Assembly (NCBI GenBank): GCA_045616545.1
Contig: JAZLGX010000033.1
Coordinates: 10,525 to 74,524 of the forward strand
DNA from: Treponema sp.
GTDB lineage: Bacteria; Spirochaetota; Spirochaetia; Treponematales; Treponemataceae
DNA: 64,000 bases
Direction of reading: 5' to 3'
Shown here: positions 25,992-34,292 of the stretch, in pieces
How the letters are laid out: every line of letters starts with the position of its first letter
Numbering within the stretch: the first letter of the stretch is position 1
Translations under genes and position numbers: made by a program
Notes under the pieces: generated by a model
The model's database searches: none
Seen by the model: only the letters and a program-made list of their open reading frames with translations
What the model was told of the DNA's origin: nothing

Positions 25992-26799
25992 AAAAGCTTC
26001 CCTCGTTTATATGATATCCAGCATCAGTTTCCTGGTCTTCTATCTTGCAAGCATCACAGAGACACTGATGTTCATTTCCTTCAACCTTGTATGGCTGGCA
26101 CTCAGCATGTTCCTGGGGTTAAATGCCTGGTCCATAAAGAAAAGAAATTCTGAGAGTCACTACCATGTACCTGTTGTTTACTATATATTGCTTGGGATAT
26201 TTACAGTCGTAAGCATACCCCTTCTTGTGGCCATCAGGACTCCGGTCATAGACCAAAGCGTACATACCCCATATGTCATAGTTCTTGGAGGAGGAGTAAA
26301 GCGGGATGGGACATTACCAAAGACAGTCCAGCTAAGGCTGAAGGGTGCAATAGACTACCTGGAATCCCATGAACAGACTGCGATCATAGTTACAGGAGGA
26401 CAGTTCCCCCTAAAGGACTTTTCGGAAGCAGAACTCATGGAAAAGTATCTCCAGGAGCACAATATACCGGTAAACCGCATAATAAGGGAAGACCAATCCC
26501 AGGATACCATCCAAAACCTTAAATATTCAGCACAGATAATAGCTGATAGAGAGAACATATCAATGGAAGAAGCCCTTGATACAGAGATTACCATAGCGAC
26601 AAGCTTCTTTCACCTGCACAGGGCCCAGATACTGGCCCGCCGGCTGGGCTTTACAGGCGTATACGGCATAGGCTCCCCCCTAAGGAAGATAGATGTACCT
26701 ACAGCTTACCTAAGGGAAATCGGCTCCTACATAAAGCTTGGATTACGGATCCTCATTACCGGTGAACCTCGCAACATGCAGGCCAACACTATTCAATGA
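25981..26799 (+). CDS. DUF218 (YdcF/ElyC/SanA-like) membrane-anchored protein
   Basis: 272 aa with N-terminal TM helices followed by VIVLGGGVKRDG...IIVTGGQ...EDQSQDTIQN...TSFFHLHRAQ, the typical DUF218 pattern. Confidence 0.8.
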   Translation: MSNKKASLVYMISSISFLVFYLASITETLMFISFNLVWLALSMFLGLNAWSIKKRNSESHYHVPVVYYILLGIFTVVSIPLLVAIRTPVIDQSVHTPYVIVLGGGVKRDGTLPKTVQLRLKGAIDYLESHEQTAIIVTGGQFPLKDFSEAELMEKYLQEHNIPVNRIIREDQSQDTIQNLKYSAQIIADRENISMEEALDTEITIATSFFHLHRAQILARRLGFTGVYGIGSPLRKIDVPTAYLREIGSYIKLGLRILITGEPRNMQANTIQ

Positions 26800-27451
26800 A
26801 ACTCTCGCCCTCAAAGACAAGGGCGATCTCGCCTGACTCCTCAAGGGCAAGTACCACAGATGCGATTTTCTGCTGGGCATTGTAGACTTCACTTACAGGA
26901 ACAGCACCAAGATAATAGATGTTCTCCTTGAGCAGGTTTACGCCAAGCTGTGACATGTTGGAATATATCTTATTCTGAACTTCTTCCTTGGCTCCCTTCA
27001 TCGCCAGGGCAAGATCATTTTGCATAACCTTCCGGAGAACCTTCTGCACAGACTGGTCATCCAGCTGCACTATATCATCAAAAGTAAACATAAAATTCCT
27101 GAGCTCCGTACCAAAAAGCGGATTTATCAGCCCAAGCCTCGAAATGGTCTCCTTCTGACTACTGTATCCAGTCTGGAATACAAGCTCATACAAAGCACTG
27201 TATGCATTTATCTCCTTGAAGAGGTCTATTTCCTCAGGTTCGTAAATATTACGGGAAAAATCTTCCATAGATTTATAGAATACTTCATCACTTCCAGATG
27301 TTTTCCTTATCAGTTCCAGAGCCTTAAGAAGCTCCTCTTCCTGTCTTTCAAATGCCTTGAGATATCTTATCTTAAGGCTGGTAAACCTTGAGTGCAAGAT
27401 CTGATGAATCTCCAGGTCCGGATTCCCATCTCGTGAAAAATCGATAGTCAT
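26789..27451 (-). CDS. FliG C-terminal-domain protein (short FliG paralogue)
   Basis: The start MTIDFSRDG is preceded by GGAGGAAAA. The C-terminal 110 aa matches the FliG_C pattern: FMFTFDDIVQLDDQSVQKVLRKV...LALAMKGAKEEV..KIYSNMS...VSEVYNAQQKI..VVLALEESGEI. At about 220 aa it is much shorter than a full FliG. Confidence 0.7.
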   Translation of the reverse strand: MTIDFSRDGNPDLEIHQILHSRFTSLKIRYLKAFERQEEELLKALELIRKTSGSDEVFYKSMEDFSRNIYEPEEIDLFKEINAYSALYELVFQTGYSSQKETISRLGLINPLFGTELRNFMFTFDDIVQLDDQSVQKVLRKVMQNDLALAMKGAKEEVQNKIYSNMSQLGVNLLKENIYYLGAVPVSEVYNAQQKIASVVLALEESGEIALVFEGESFIE

Positions 27452-27542
27452 TTTTCCTCCCCTCTTAGAATTATGGCCTAAATCAGGGGAAAAAACAAAA
27501 TAACCGCCAAAAAAACACAAACTCCTCCAAACCTATGCTTTA

Positions 27543-27578
27543 GGGAGCATCTGAAAATTGCAATTCTTAGGGATACCC
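27543..27578. repeat. 36-nt palindromic intergenic element, copy C (diverged)
   Basis: GGGAGCATCTGAAAATTGCAATTCTTAGGGATACCC has the same 36-nt length and the same GGG...AAATTGCAATT...CCC frame. It lies 9 nt upstream of repeat array copy 2. Confidence 0.65.
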
Positions 27579-27586
27579 GTTGCAGA

Positions 27587-27668
27587 TTTGCCTAGGAAAA
27601 AAATAATTTTTCATAGGCAAAATTTTATTTTTTCATAGGCAAAAATTTTGGTTTTCCTAGGGAAAAAT
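27587..27668. repeat. Phased 22-bp A/T-tract repeat array, copy 2
   Basis: Units are TTTGCCTAGGAAAAAAA (inverted), TTTTTCATAGGCAAAA, TTTTTTCATAGGCAAAAA and TTTTCCTAGGGAAAAA. Cores start at 27612, 27634 and 27656, a 22-bp period. The unit order is the same as in copy 1. Confidence 0.8.
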
Positions 27669-27730
27669 CGCCTGTCTCCTGCTGCATTACGATTATTGCA
27701 GTGATTTTTACAAGTGGAATACTGATTATT

Positions 27731-27773
27731 AACTAGTATACTAGTTGACGAATCCAAAAAGCTACTTTATTAT
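27731..27773 (+). promoter_or_regulatory. Perfect 16-bp palindrome (candidate GntR operator) overlapping a sigma70-like promoter
   Basis: AACTAGTATACTAGTT (27731-27746) overlaps TTGACG (27745-27750), followed by a 17-nt spacer and TATTAT (27768-27773). It lies 28 nt upstream of the GntR start. Confidence 0.5.
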
Positions 27774-27801
27774 TTATGTGATAATATAGAGATTTTTTGA
27801 C

Positions 27802-28479
27802 ATGATAGAGACAACTAAACTAGAACGAGAAACAAATCACGCATACGCACTGAGGGTTATACGAAACAACATAATAAACCTTGAACTTAAGCCCGGCTCC
27901 CTTTTGAGTGAGCAGGACATAGCGACAGAGCTTGGGCTTTCGAGGACTCCGGTACACGAAGCTTTCCAGGAGCTTTCCCAGACAAAGATAATCGAGGTTC
28001 TTCCCCAGAGAGGCAACATGGTAAGCCTCATTGACATGAAGATGATAGAGGAAGCGGTCTTTATAAGGGAGACTCTGGAAACAGCCCTTCTCAAGCAGGT
28101 ATGTCTTGAAGCAACACAGGCAGACATAAGCCGCATGGAAGAGAACATCAATCTCCAGGAGTTCTTCCACTCTAAGGACAACTGGAACAAGATCATGGAA
28201 CTGGACAATGAGTTTCACCGCATGATGTATGATATAACGGGAAAAAGTCTTTGTTATACCACAGTAAACCTTGTAAGCATCCACTACACAAGGTTCCGTA
28301 CGCTAAGACTCCAGAGTACAGATTCTTCGAGACTGGTCGAGGAACACAGACGTATTCTGGATGCCATAATGGCAAAGGATATCGAAAAAGCCACGGCAGA
28401 ATATCATAACCATCTTAACAAGAGATTCAGCGATGCACAAGAAATAAGAAAAAAGTATCCTGAATACTTTAAGGAATAA
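27802..28479 (+). CDS. GntR-family transcriptional regulator (FadR/FCD subfamily)
   Basis: 225 aa. The N-terminal wHTH reads LLSEQDIATELGLSRTPVHEAFQELSQTKIIEVLPQRG, followed by a helical FCD-type C-terminal domain. Confidence 0.85.
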   Translation: MIETTKLERETNHAYALRVIRNNIINLELKPGSLLSEQDIATELGLSRTPVHEAFQELSQTKIIEVLPQRGNMVSLIDMKMIEEAVFIRETLETALLKQVCLEATQADISRMEENINLQEFFHSKDNWNKIMELDNEFHRMMYDITGKSLCYTTVNLVSIHYTRFRTLRLQSTDSSRLVEEHRRILDAIMAKDIEKATAEYHNHLNKRFSDAQEIRKKYPEYFKE

Positions 28480-28515
28480 AGCTGTCAAATATAAAAATCA
28501 GGAGCAAAACAGAAA

Positions 28516-31401
28516 ATGTTGATTACAAATCTTACATTACCAAAGGACTTTTGCTTTGTCTGTGACAAAGAAGCCTATAGCGGAGTCCAGAAAATCAGTC
28601 GCAAGGTAGCCAAGGATATAGAAAGAATCTTTGACTTTTATCCAGAATTTGCATACGCATCAGATGCAAAGAGCCCAGTTTTCAGCTCGGCACAGTACTC
28701 CGTTGTATTCGGTACCATCGGTAACAGTGCCATACTTGATGACCTTGAGAAATCCGGTGTACTTAACTTTGACAATATCCGGGGCAAGTGGGAAGTGTAC
28801 GGTTTTTACGTACTGGACGACAAGATTGTAATTGCAGGTAGCGACAAGCGCGGTACCATTTACGGACTTTTCCATATAAGTGATCTTCTTGGGGTATCTC
28901 CTTTCGTTGACTTCAGCGAAATGCTTCCTTCCAAGAGGGACAGCTTTGAGTTTACTTCAGACATGACTATGGTCAGCAAGGAACCATCTGTCAAATACAG
29001 AGGTTTCTTTATCAATGATGAATGGCCTGCTTTTGGCAACTGGGCTGTTACCCACTTTGGAGGTCCAAATGCTGAATGTTATGAACATGTGTTTGAGATG
29101 CTCCTTCGTCTCAAGGGTAACTATCTGTGGCCTGCCATGTGGTCAGCTGTATTCAGCTGGGACGGACCTGACCTTTTGAATGCAAAGCATGCCGATGAAT
29201 ACGGTATCGTCATGGGAACAAGCCACCATGAACCTTGCGGCAGAGCCGGAGAAGAACACCGTGTACATCGTGCTACAGACCAGAAATACGGTACGGAATG
29301 GAATTTCAGCCACAACCGTGAAGGTATCACAAACTTCTGGCGTGACGGTCTCAAGCGTAATGCTCCATACGAGAATATCTGGACTGTAGGTATGCGTGGA
29401 GAGGCAGACTCCGCTATCCTTGGTCACGAAGCTACATTGCAGGATAACATCGATCTTCTTAAGGATGTACTCCAGACCCAGTATCAGCTCATGAAGGAAG
29501 AACTGGATCCTGACCTGAGCAAGATACGAAGACAGCTTGTCATGTTCAGCGAAGTTGACAAATTCTACTTTGGTAACGAAACTACCAAGGGACTGAAGGA
29601 CACTGACCTCCTGGACGGTGTAAGCATCATGATGACTGATGACAACTACGGTATGATCCGTGCCCTTCCTGATGATGAGATGAGACATCGTAACGGTCCT
29701 CTTGGACTTTACTACCACTATGACTTCCACGGACCAACACACTGCTATGAATGGTGTAACGAAAACTATCTGCCACGCAGCTGGGAACAGCTTACAATGG
29801 CTTATGACTACGGTATCCGCGATGTATGGATTGTAAACGTAGGAGACATGGGGCTGTTGGAGATGCCTCTCAACTACTTCATGGATTTTGCATATGACTA
29901 TGACAAATGGGGTTCATCTAATCCTAACTCTACAAGGGCATGGACAGACCAGTGGCTCGAAAAACAGTTTGGCTCATATCTCCTTGCCAAGGACATGAAG
30001 GTCCTCAAGGAACTTGTACAGGACTATACAAGTCTTGCAGGTAAATGCCGCAACGAAGCTCTCAAGGTAAACACTTACCATGTAACAAACTTCCTCGAAG
30101 CAGACCGCATGATGGCAAAGGCTGAAGAAATCATAAAGACAGCTGACTACATCAAGTGGGCAATGCCAGAAAGAGCAAAATCAGCTTACTGGGAACTTGT
30201 GTACTACTCCGCAGTAGGAACAGCAAACGTTTGCCGTATCTGGCTTACTTCTGCAAAGAACCATCTCTATGCAAAGCAGAACCGTGTAGAGGCAAACATC
30301 TATGCAGACAAGGTAAGGGAACTTGTTGAGTTTGACCAGGCTCTTACTGACGAATATCACAGTGTTGCAGGCGGCAAGTTCTACGGCTTTGGACTTTCAG
30401 AGCATATGGGATTTGATCACTGGAATGATGAGGATGACAAGAAACCTATGATGGTGTCTGTCTTCCCTTCAAAGAAACCTCGCCTTGTTGTCAACCCAAA
30501 GAATACAGAGGATTACCTTGTAGGTACTGATTATTCTCCAAAGGATATGGTTATCAATACCTTTACAAAGCTTGATGAGACTCAGTGCCAGATTGACCTT
30601 GCCCCAAGCTGCAAGGAAAGCATTGACTATACAGTAAGTACAGACTGTCCTTGGCTGTCACTTTCCCACACAAAGGGTACTGCCAGTGTGACACATGATA
30701 CTCTTACAGTATTCATTGACCGCTCAAAGATGCCAGAAGCTGCACAGGATTCTCAGGGTCTTGCAGAAGGCATCGTCAAAGTTGATACAAGTTTCAGCCA
30801 CATGAAGCTGCACTTTGTTGCAAAGGCTTGTACAAAAGAAAGCTTCAAGTCTCTTACCTTCATTGAAGGTCAGGATGTAATCAGTATCGAGGCTGGTCAT
30901 ATAAGCCGTAAGCATGACGGTTCTAGCCTCAAGTTCACGGAACTTACAGATTACGGTAGGACACGAAGTGCCATAAAGGTTTTGCCAACATTGCATGATA
31001 ACCTTAAGGCTACAGACAATGATACTCCTTATGTTGAATATGACTTTGTCGCAGACAGTGAAGGTATCTATGACCTTGACTTCTACTTCAGCCCTACAAA
31101 TCCTCCTCTCATCGACAACGTAATGCCTTACGCATATGCCGTAAACGGAGAAGCTCCTGTAGAAAAGAATATCGTTGCCCTTGATACCTTCGTAACTTAT
31201 TTCAGCAAGGAATGGGAAGAAGGTGCTGACAACAACATCCGTATCAGAAGCGTAAAGATCAATGTAAAGAAAGGTCTCAATACATTAAGATTCTACGCCC
31301 TCGGACCTACAGTTGTTCTGGAAAAGCTTGTTCTCCATAATGCAGAAAAAGCCTTGCCTCGCACATACTTAGGTGCACCAGAAAGCTACTTTGTAGAATA
31401 A
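28516..31401 (+). CDS. Glycoside hydrolase family 115 (xylan alpha-1,2-glucuronidase-like), cytoplasmic
   Basis: 961 aa. GH115-typical blocks are IAGSDKRGTIYGLFHISDLLGVSPF, YRGFFINDEWPAFGNW and GTSHHEP. No signal peptide is present. Confidence 0.8.
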   Translation: MLITNLTLPKDFCFVCDKEAYSGVQKISRKVAKDIERIFDFYPEFAYASDAKSPVFSSAQYSVVFGTIGNSAILDDLEKSGVLNFDNIRGKWEVYGFYVLDDKIVIAGSDKRGTIYGLFHISDLLGVSPFVDFSEMLPSKRDSFEFTSDMTMVSKEPSVKYRGFFINDEWPAFGNWAVTHFGGPNAECYEHVFEMLLRLKGNYLWPAMWSAVFSWDGPDLLNAKHADEYGIVMGTSHHEPCGRAGEEHRVHRATDQKYGTEWNFSHNREGITNFWRDGLKRNAPYENIWTVGMRGEADSAILGHEATLQDNIDLLKDVLQTQYQLMKEELDPDLSKIRRQLVMFSEVDKFYFGNETTKGLKDTDLLDGVSIMMTDDNYGMIRALPDDEMRHRNGPLGLYYHYDFHGPTHCYEWCNENYLPRSWEQLTMAYDYGIRDVWIVNVGDMGLLEMPLNYFMDFAYDYDKWGSSNPNSTRAWTDQWLEKQFGSYLLAKDMKVLKELVQDYTSLAGKCRNEALKVNTYHVTNFLEADRMMAKAEEIIKTADYIKWAMPERAKSAYWELVYYSAVGTANVCRIWLTSAKNHLYAKQNRVEANIYADKVRELVEFDQALTDEYHSVAGGKFYGFGLSEHMGFDHWNDEDDKKPMMVSVFPSKKPRLVVNPKNTEDYLVGTDYSPKDMVINTFTKLDETQCQIDLAPSCKESIDYTVSTDCPWLSLSHTKGTASVTHDTLTVFIDRSKMPEAAQDSQGLAEGIVKVDTSFSHMKLHFVAKACTKESFKSLTFIEGQDVISIEAGHISRKHDGSSLKFTELTDYGRTRSAIKVLPTLHDNLKATDNDTPYVEYDFVADSEGIYDLDFYFSPTNPPLIDNVMPYAYAVNGEAPVEKNIVALDTFVTYFSKEWEEGADNNIRIRSVKINVKKGLNTLRFYALGPTVVLEKLVLHNAEKALPRTYLGAPESYFVE

Positions 31402-31410
31402 GCAAAAAAC

Positions 31411-31440
31411 GGCTGCCCCGTATGCTTGGGACAGCCGTTT
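31411..31440. terminator. Terminator hairpin, left copy of an exact 30-bp direct repeat flanking higBA
   Basis: GGCTGCCCCGTATGCTTGGGACAGCCGTTT is identical to 32147-32176. In this copy the stem extends to AACGGCTG/CAGCCGTT with A and T tracts on either side. Confidence 0.8.
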
Positions 31441-31478
31441 TTGATAAATTCCGTACACTTCTCTTTTAATATACCTAT

Positions 31479-31507
31479 TTGACATATACACGCACCCCGT
31501 ATATAAT
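31479..31507 (+). promoter_or_regulatory. Consensus sigma70 promoter of higB, predicting a leaderless mRNA
   Basis: TTGACA (31479-31484), a 17-nt spacer and TATAAT (31502-31507) are present. The ATG at 31514 is only 6 nt after the -10 and has no SD. The inverted repeat ATATAC-N9-GTATAT overlaps the spacer and the start of the -10. Confidence 0.6.
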
Positions 31508-31513
31508 AAACTT

Positions 31514-31795
31514 ATGATAAAAAGTTTTGCGGATAAAGAGACTGAGCTTGTCTATAATCAGAAATTTTCAAGGAGACTACCGAATTCAATTCAAAAAGTA
31601 GCTTTACGAAAATTGATGATGATAGATAATGCCAAGTGCTTAGAAGATTTAAGGATTCCTCCAAGCAATCGTCTTGAACAACTTTTTGGAGACAGAAAGG
31701 ATCAGTATTCTATTCGCATAAATGACCAATGGCGTGTCTGTTTTACCGAAAAGGACGGACACTATTATAACGTTGAGATTGTGGATTACCACTAG
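31514..31795 (+). CDS. higB: HigB toxin (RelE/ParE superfamily, plasmid maintenance system killer)
   Basis: 93 aa. FADKETELVYNQKFSRRLPNSIQKVALRKL..L.....LEDLRIPPSNRLEQLFGDRKDQYSIRINDQWRVCF is the canonical HigB pattern. Confidence 0.9.
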   Translation: MIKSFADKETELVYNQKFSRRLPNSIQKVALRKLMMIDNAKCLEDLRIPPSNRLEQLFGDRKDQYSIRINDQWRVCFTEKDGHYYNVEIVDYH

Positions 31796-31803
31796 GAGAA
31801 AAT

Positions 31804-32100
31804 ATGTCTGATTTTATCGAAACACCAACGGTTGGAGAAATTCTCAACTAAGAGTTCCTTGGTCCTCTTGGAATCTCTGGTTATAAATTAGCACAGGCAA
31901 TAAATGTTCCAACTTCACGCATTCAGGATATTCTTCATAATCGCAGAAAAATAACTGTGGACACATCTTTGAGGCTTGCAAAGTTTTTTGGATTGTCTGA
32001 CGGATATTTTATGTCCCTGCAAGATGACATTGATATAAGAAACGCCAAGAAAGAACTCGCACCACAACTTGAAGAAATAAAAACTTATACATATGCGTAA
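31804..32100 (+). pseudogene. higA: HigA antitoxin (XRE HTH) interrupted by an in-frame TAA at codon 16
   Basis: AGGAG plus an ATG at 31804 gives MSDFIETPTVGEILN-TAA(31849-31851)-EFLGPLGISGYKLAQAINVPTSRIQDILHNRRKITVDTSLRLAKFFGLSDGYFMSLQDDIDI... in one 99-codon frame. The only in-frame ATG/GTG/TTG candidates after the stop (GTG at 31957, TTG at 31969) lie near the end of the HTH region. Confidence 0.8.
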
Positions 32101-32146
32101 AGAATTGTCGTAACTATAAGTTCAATTCTCCCACCTACTGAAGCAA

Positions 32147-32176
32147 GGCTGCCCCGTATGCTTGGGACAGCCGTTT
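32147..32176. terminator. Terminator hairpin, right copy of the exact 30-bp direct repeat flanking higBA
   Basis: It is identical to 31411-31440 and lies 20 nt downstream of the convergent pectate lyase stop. Confidence 0.8.
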
Positions 32177-32195
32177 CTTTGGTCATAGACTTCTA

Positions 32196-33479
32196 TTATT
32201 TACCCACAACTACTTTACATTTACCAGCGCCGGCACTACCTTCAAGATAAGCCGAAAGATCTATGGCACTGTCCAGTGTATATGAATAATCAATAAAATC
32301 AGGCCGCTTTGTCAGGGTATAGTAATCTCCGCTGCCTTTCTTTGCAGAGTTGTCACTGTTGCCGTATGTATAGACACTTCCCCTTGCCATCTCATTATCA
32401 GAACCCGCCATGGAGTGACTGATACTTTTGTCAAAATAGTTCTCTTCTGATATTACAAGAGCCTTATTACGGATTCCTTCTGCATAAATGTTAGGATAGA
32501 AAGCAGAGTCATCGCCGATGTACATATTGTTGTAGATATGTATCTTTGTCTGCCTTACCATAGGAAGTCTCTGGCCACAGTTTCTGAATATATTGTGATG
32601 AAGACTTACCCTACGATGGCAACCGTCCCAGTCCTTGTCGTTTGAACCTATGAGCATTACTTTGTCGTGGTTCTCAAAGACACAATAGGAAACGACAATA
32701 TTGCTTGTCCCTTCTCCCTTCATGTCAATGAGACCGTCATAAGTCTGCCATTTTTCCCTGTATCCGTCTCCATCCACTACAAAAGAGATTTCAAGCGTAT
32801 CACGCAAGGTACAATGGTCAATCCAGATATCATGGCTTCCGTTCTGTATGCTCACAAGATCAAACTCAGCATTATATCCGTCATTCTTTTCGTGATGGGG
32901 GAAAGGATCATATCCATCCTCTAGGACAAGGTTACGGAGTACGACATTGCTTACTCCGCTTAGCACAAGAGAGCCACCTCTGAACCCGCTGTTCTCAGTA
33001 AGGCCGATGACCGTTGTATTGGAAATAAGCTTATGCTGTATTACAGACTTATATGCCCTGCTGCATTTCCATAAGTCTCTTCCAAGGCTGGACTTAGGAA
33101 AAGCCGAGGATTTATCGTCAGTCTCTTTGGTACATTCCTTGGTATAAGCTTTTACAAACATTGAATAAGAACTAAAATCTGTATTCTTTGCACAAATATT
33201 GTCGAGGCCTCTTGTAGCAACTCCACCTACAGACGGAAGCATTCCTTCCGACAAGTCAATCATTCCGTTGACATAAATAAGTCCGCCCTTCTTGATGGCT
33301 TTGACAAATTCATCCTTTGTCGAGACGACAACTGGATTTTCCTGCATCTGGGTAGCTGTACAAAAGCCTCTCGGACGCTCACTTATACTGAGCTCCTGAC
33401 AGAAAGACCGGCTGGGGAACCTGCACATGATAAGGGAAACAAACAATAAAAAAGCTAATGGTCTGCCTGATCTTGACAT
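32196..33479 (-). CDS. Secreted pectate lyase, polysaccharide lyase family 1
   Basis: 427 aa with a signal peptide. The PL1 blocks are IWIDHCTL, DGLIDMKGEGTSNIVVSYCVFENHDKVMLIGSND and VSLHHNIFRNCGQRLPMVR..IHIYNNMY. Confidence 0.8.
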   Translation of the reverse strand: MSRSGRPLAFLLFVSLIMCRFPSRSFCQELSISERPRGFCTATQMQENPVVVSTKDEFVKAIKKGGLIYVNGMIDLSEGMLPSVGGVATRGLDNICAKNTDFSSYSMFVKAYTKECTKETDDKSSAFPKSSLGRDLWKCSRAYKSVIQHKLISNTTVIGLTENSGFRGGSLVLSGVSNVVLRNLVLEDGYDPFPHHEKNDGYNAEFDLVSIQNGSHDIWIDHCTLRDTLEISFVVDGDGYREKWQTYDGLIDMKGEGTSNIVVSYCVFENHDKVMLIGSNDKDWDGCHRRVSLHHNIFRNCGQRLPMVRQTKIHIYNNMYIGDDSAFYPNIYAEGIRNKALVISEENYFDKSISHSMAGSDNEMARGSVYTYGNSDNSAKKGSGDYYTLTKRPDFIDYSYTLDSAIDLSAYLEGSAGAGKCKVVVGK

Positions 33480-33502
33480 AATAAAACCTCAAAAAAATAT
33501 TT

Positions 33503-34141
33503 TTACAAGTCGCGCATTACATAGCGCACTTTACCGATAACTCGGAAATCCTCGCTGTCAGCGCTCTCGAACATAGTCTTGTAACTAGGATTGTCAGAAA
33601 TAATACTCACTCCGTTGATTTCTTTCTTGAGACGCTTTACAAATCCCATTCCCTTATACTGAATGACATAGATTCCGCCCCGGCCATCATAGCCAAGGTT
33701 ATCACATATGATTGTGTCTCCATCAGACAACGTAGGTTCCATACTGTCTCCCCTTACGTAGGTTGCAGCAAGATTGTTCTTATATCTCCTAAGGCTTTCC
33801 GGAATGGAAACATAACCTGATATTTCTTCTGACTCACTGAGGAACTGACCATGACCGGCAGAGAATAACTGTTCATATACAGGGACTTCCAGGGATTTAT
33901 CTACAGTTTCCATATAGGCCTCACGGTATTCAAGACCACTGATTCCACAAAAAGCTTCCAGTGTAGTTCCAAAAACTTCCAGTATCTTAATAGCATCATC
34001 AAGGCGGGGCTGGATTCCTTTGGAAATACGATTTTTCATTGTCCTGACATTCAATCCGGTTTCCTTGCATAACCATTCAACCGATTTGTCCATCTGAGCA
34101 AGCTTTATAGTAACTTTACTCCAAAAAAAGTTTGTATCCAT
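33503..34141 (-). CDS. XRE-HTH / S24 peptidase repressor (LexA/CI-like, self-cleaving type)
   Basis: 212 aa. It has an N-terminal HTH, a candidate Ala-Gly cleavage site (FSAGHG), the Ser nucleophile in GDSMEP and the Lys in FVKRL. Confidence 0.8.
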   Translation of the reverse strand: MDTNFFWSKVTIKLAQMDKSVEWLCKETGLNVRTMKNRISKGIQPRLDDAIKILEVFGTTLEAFCGISGLEYREAYMETVDKSLEVPVYEQLFSAGHGQFLSESEEISGYVSIPESLRRYKNNLAATYVRGDSMEPTLSDGDTIICDNLGYDGRGGIYVIQYKGMGFVKRLKKEINGVSIISDNPSYKTMFESADSEDFRVIGKVRYVMRDL

Positions 34142-34292
34142 AGTCCCGTGATTATATCAGATATAAAAAAACCGCACAACAAAAAGGCAGAAAAAAGATT
34201 CCGTGCCAATTTGTTATACGGTGAGGAATAAACTTCAACTGAATATCCAAGGGATAATTCCCCAGGATATTGATAAGGTATCCTAAAAAAAC

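Noticed and set aside
33503-34141. Prophage call based on the CI/LexA-like repressor
   Set aside because: No integrase, terminase, capsid, tail or lysis genes lie on either side. The flanks are CAZyme genes.
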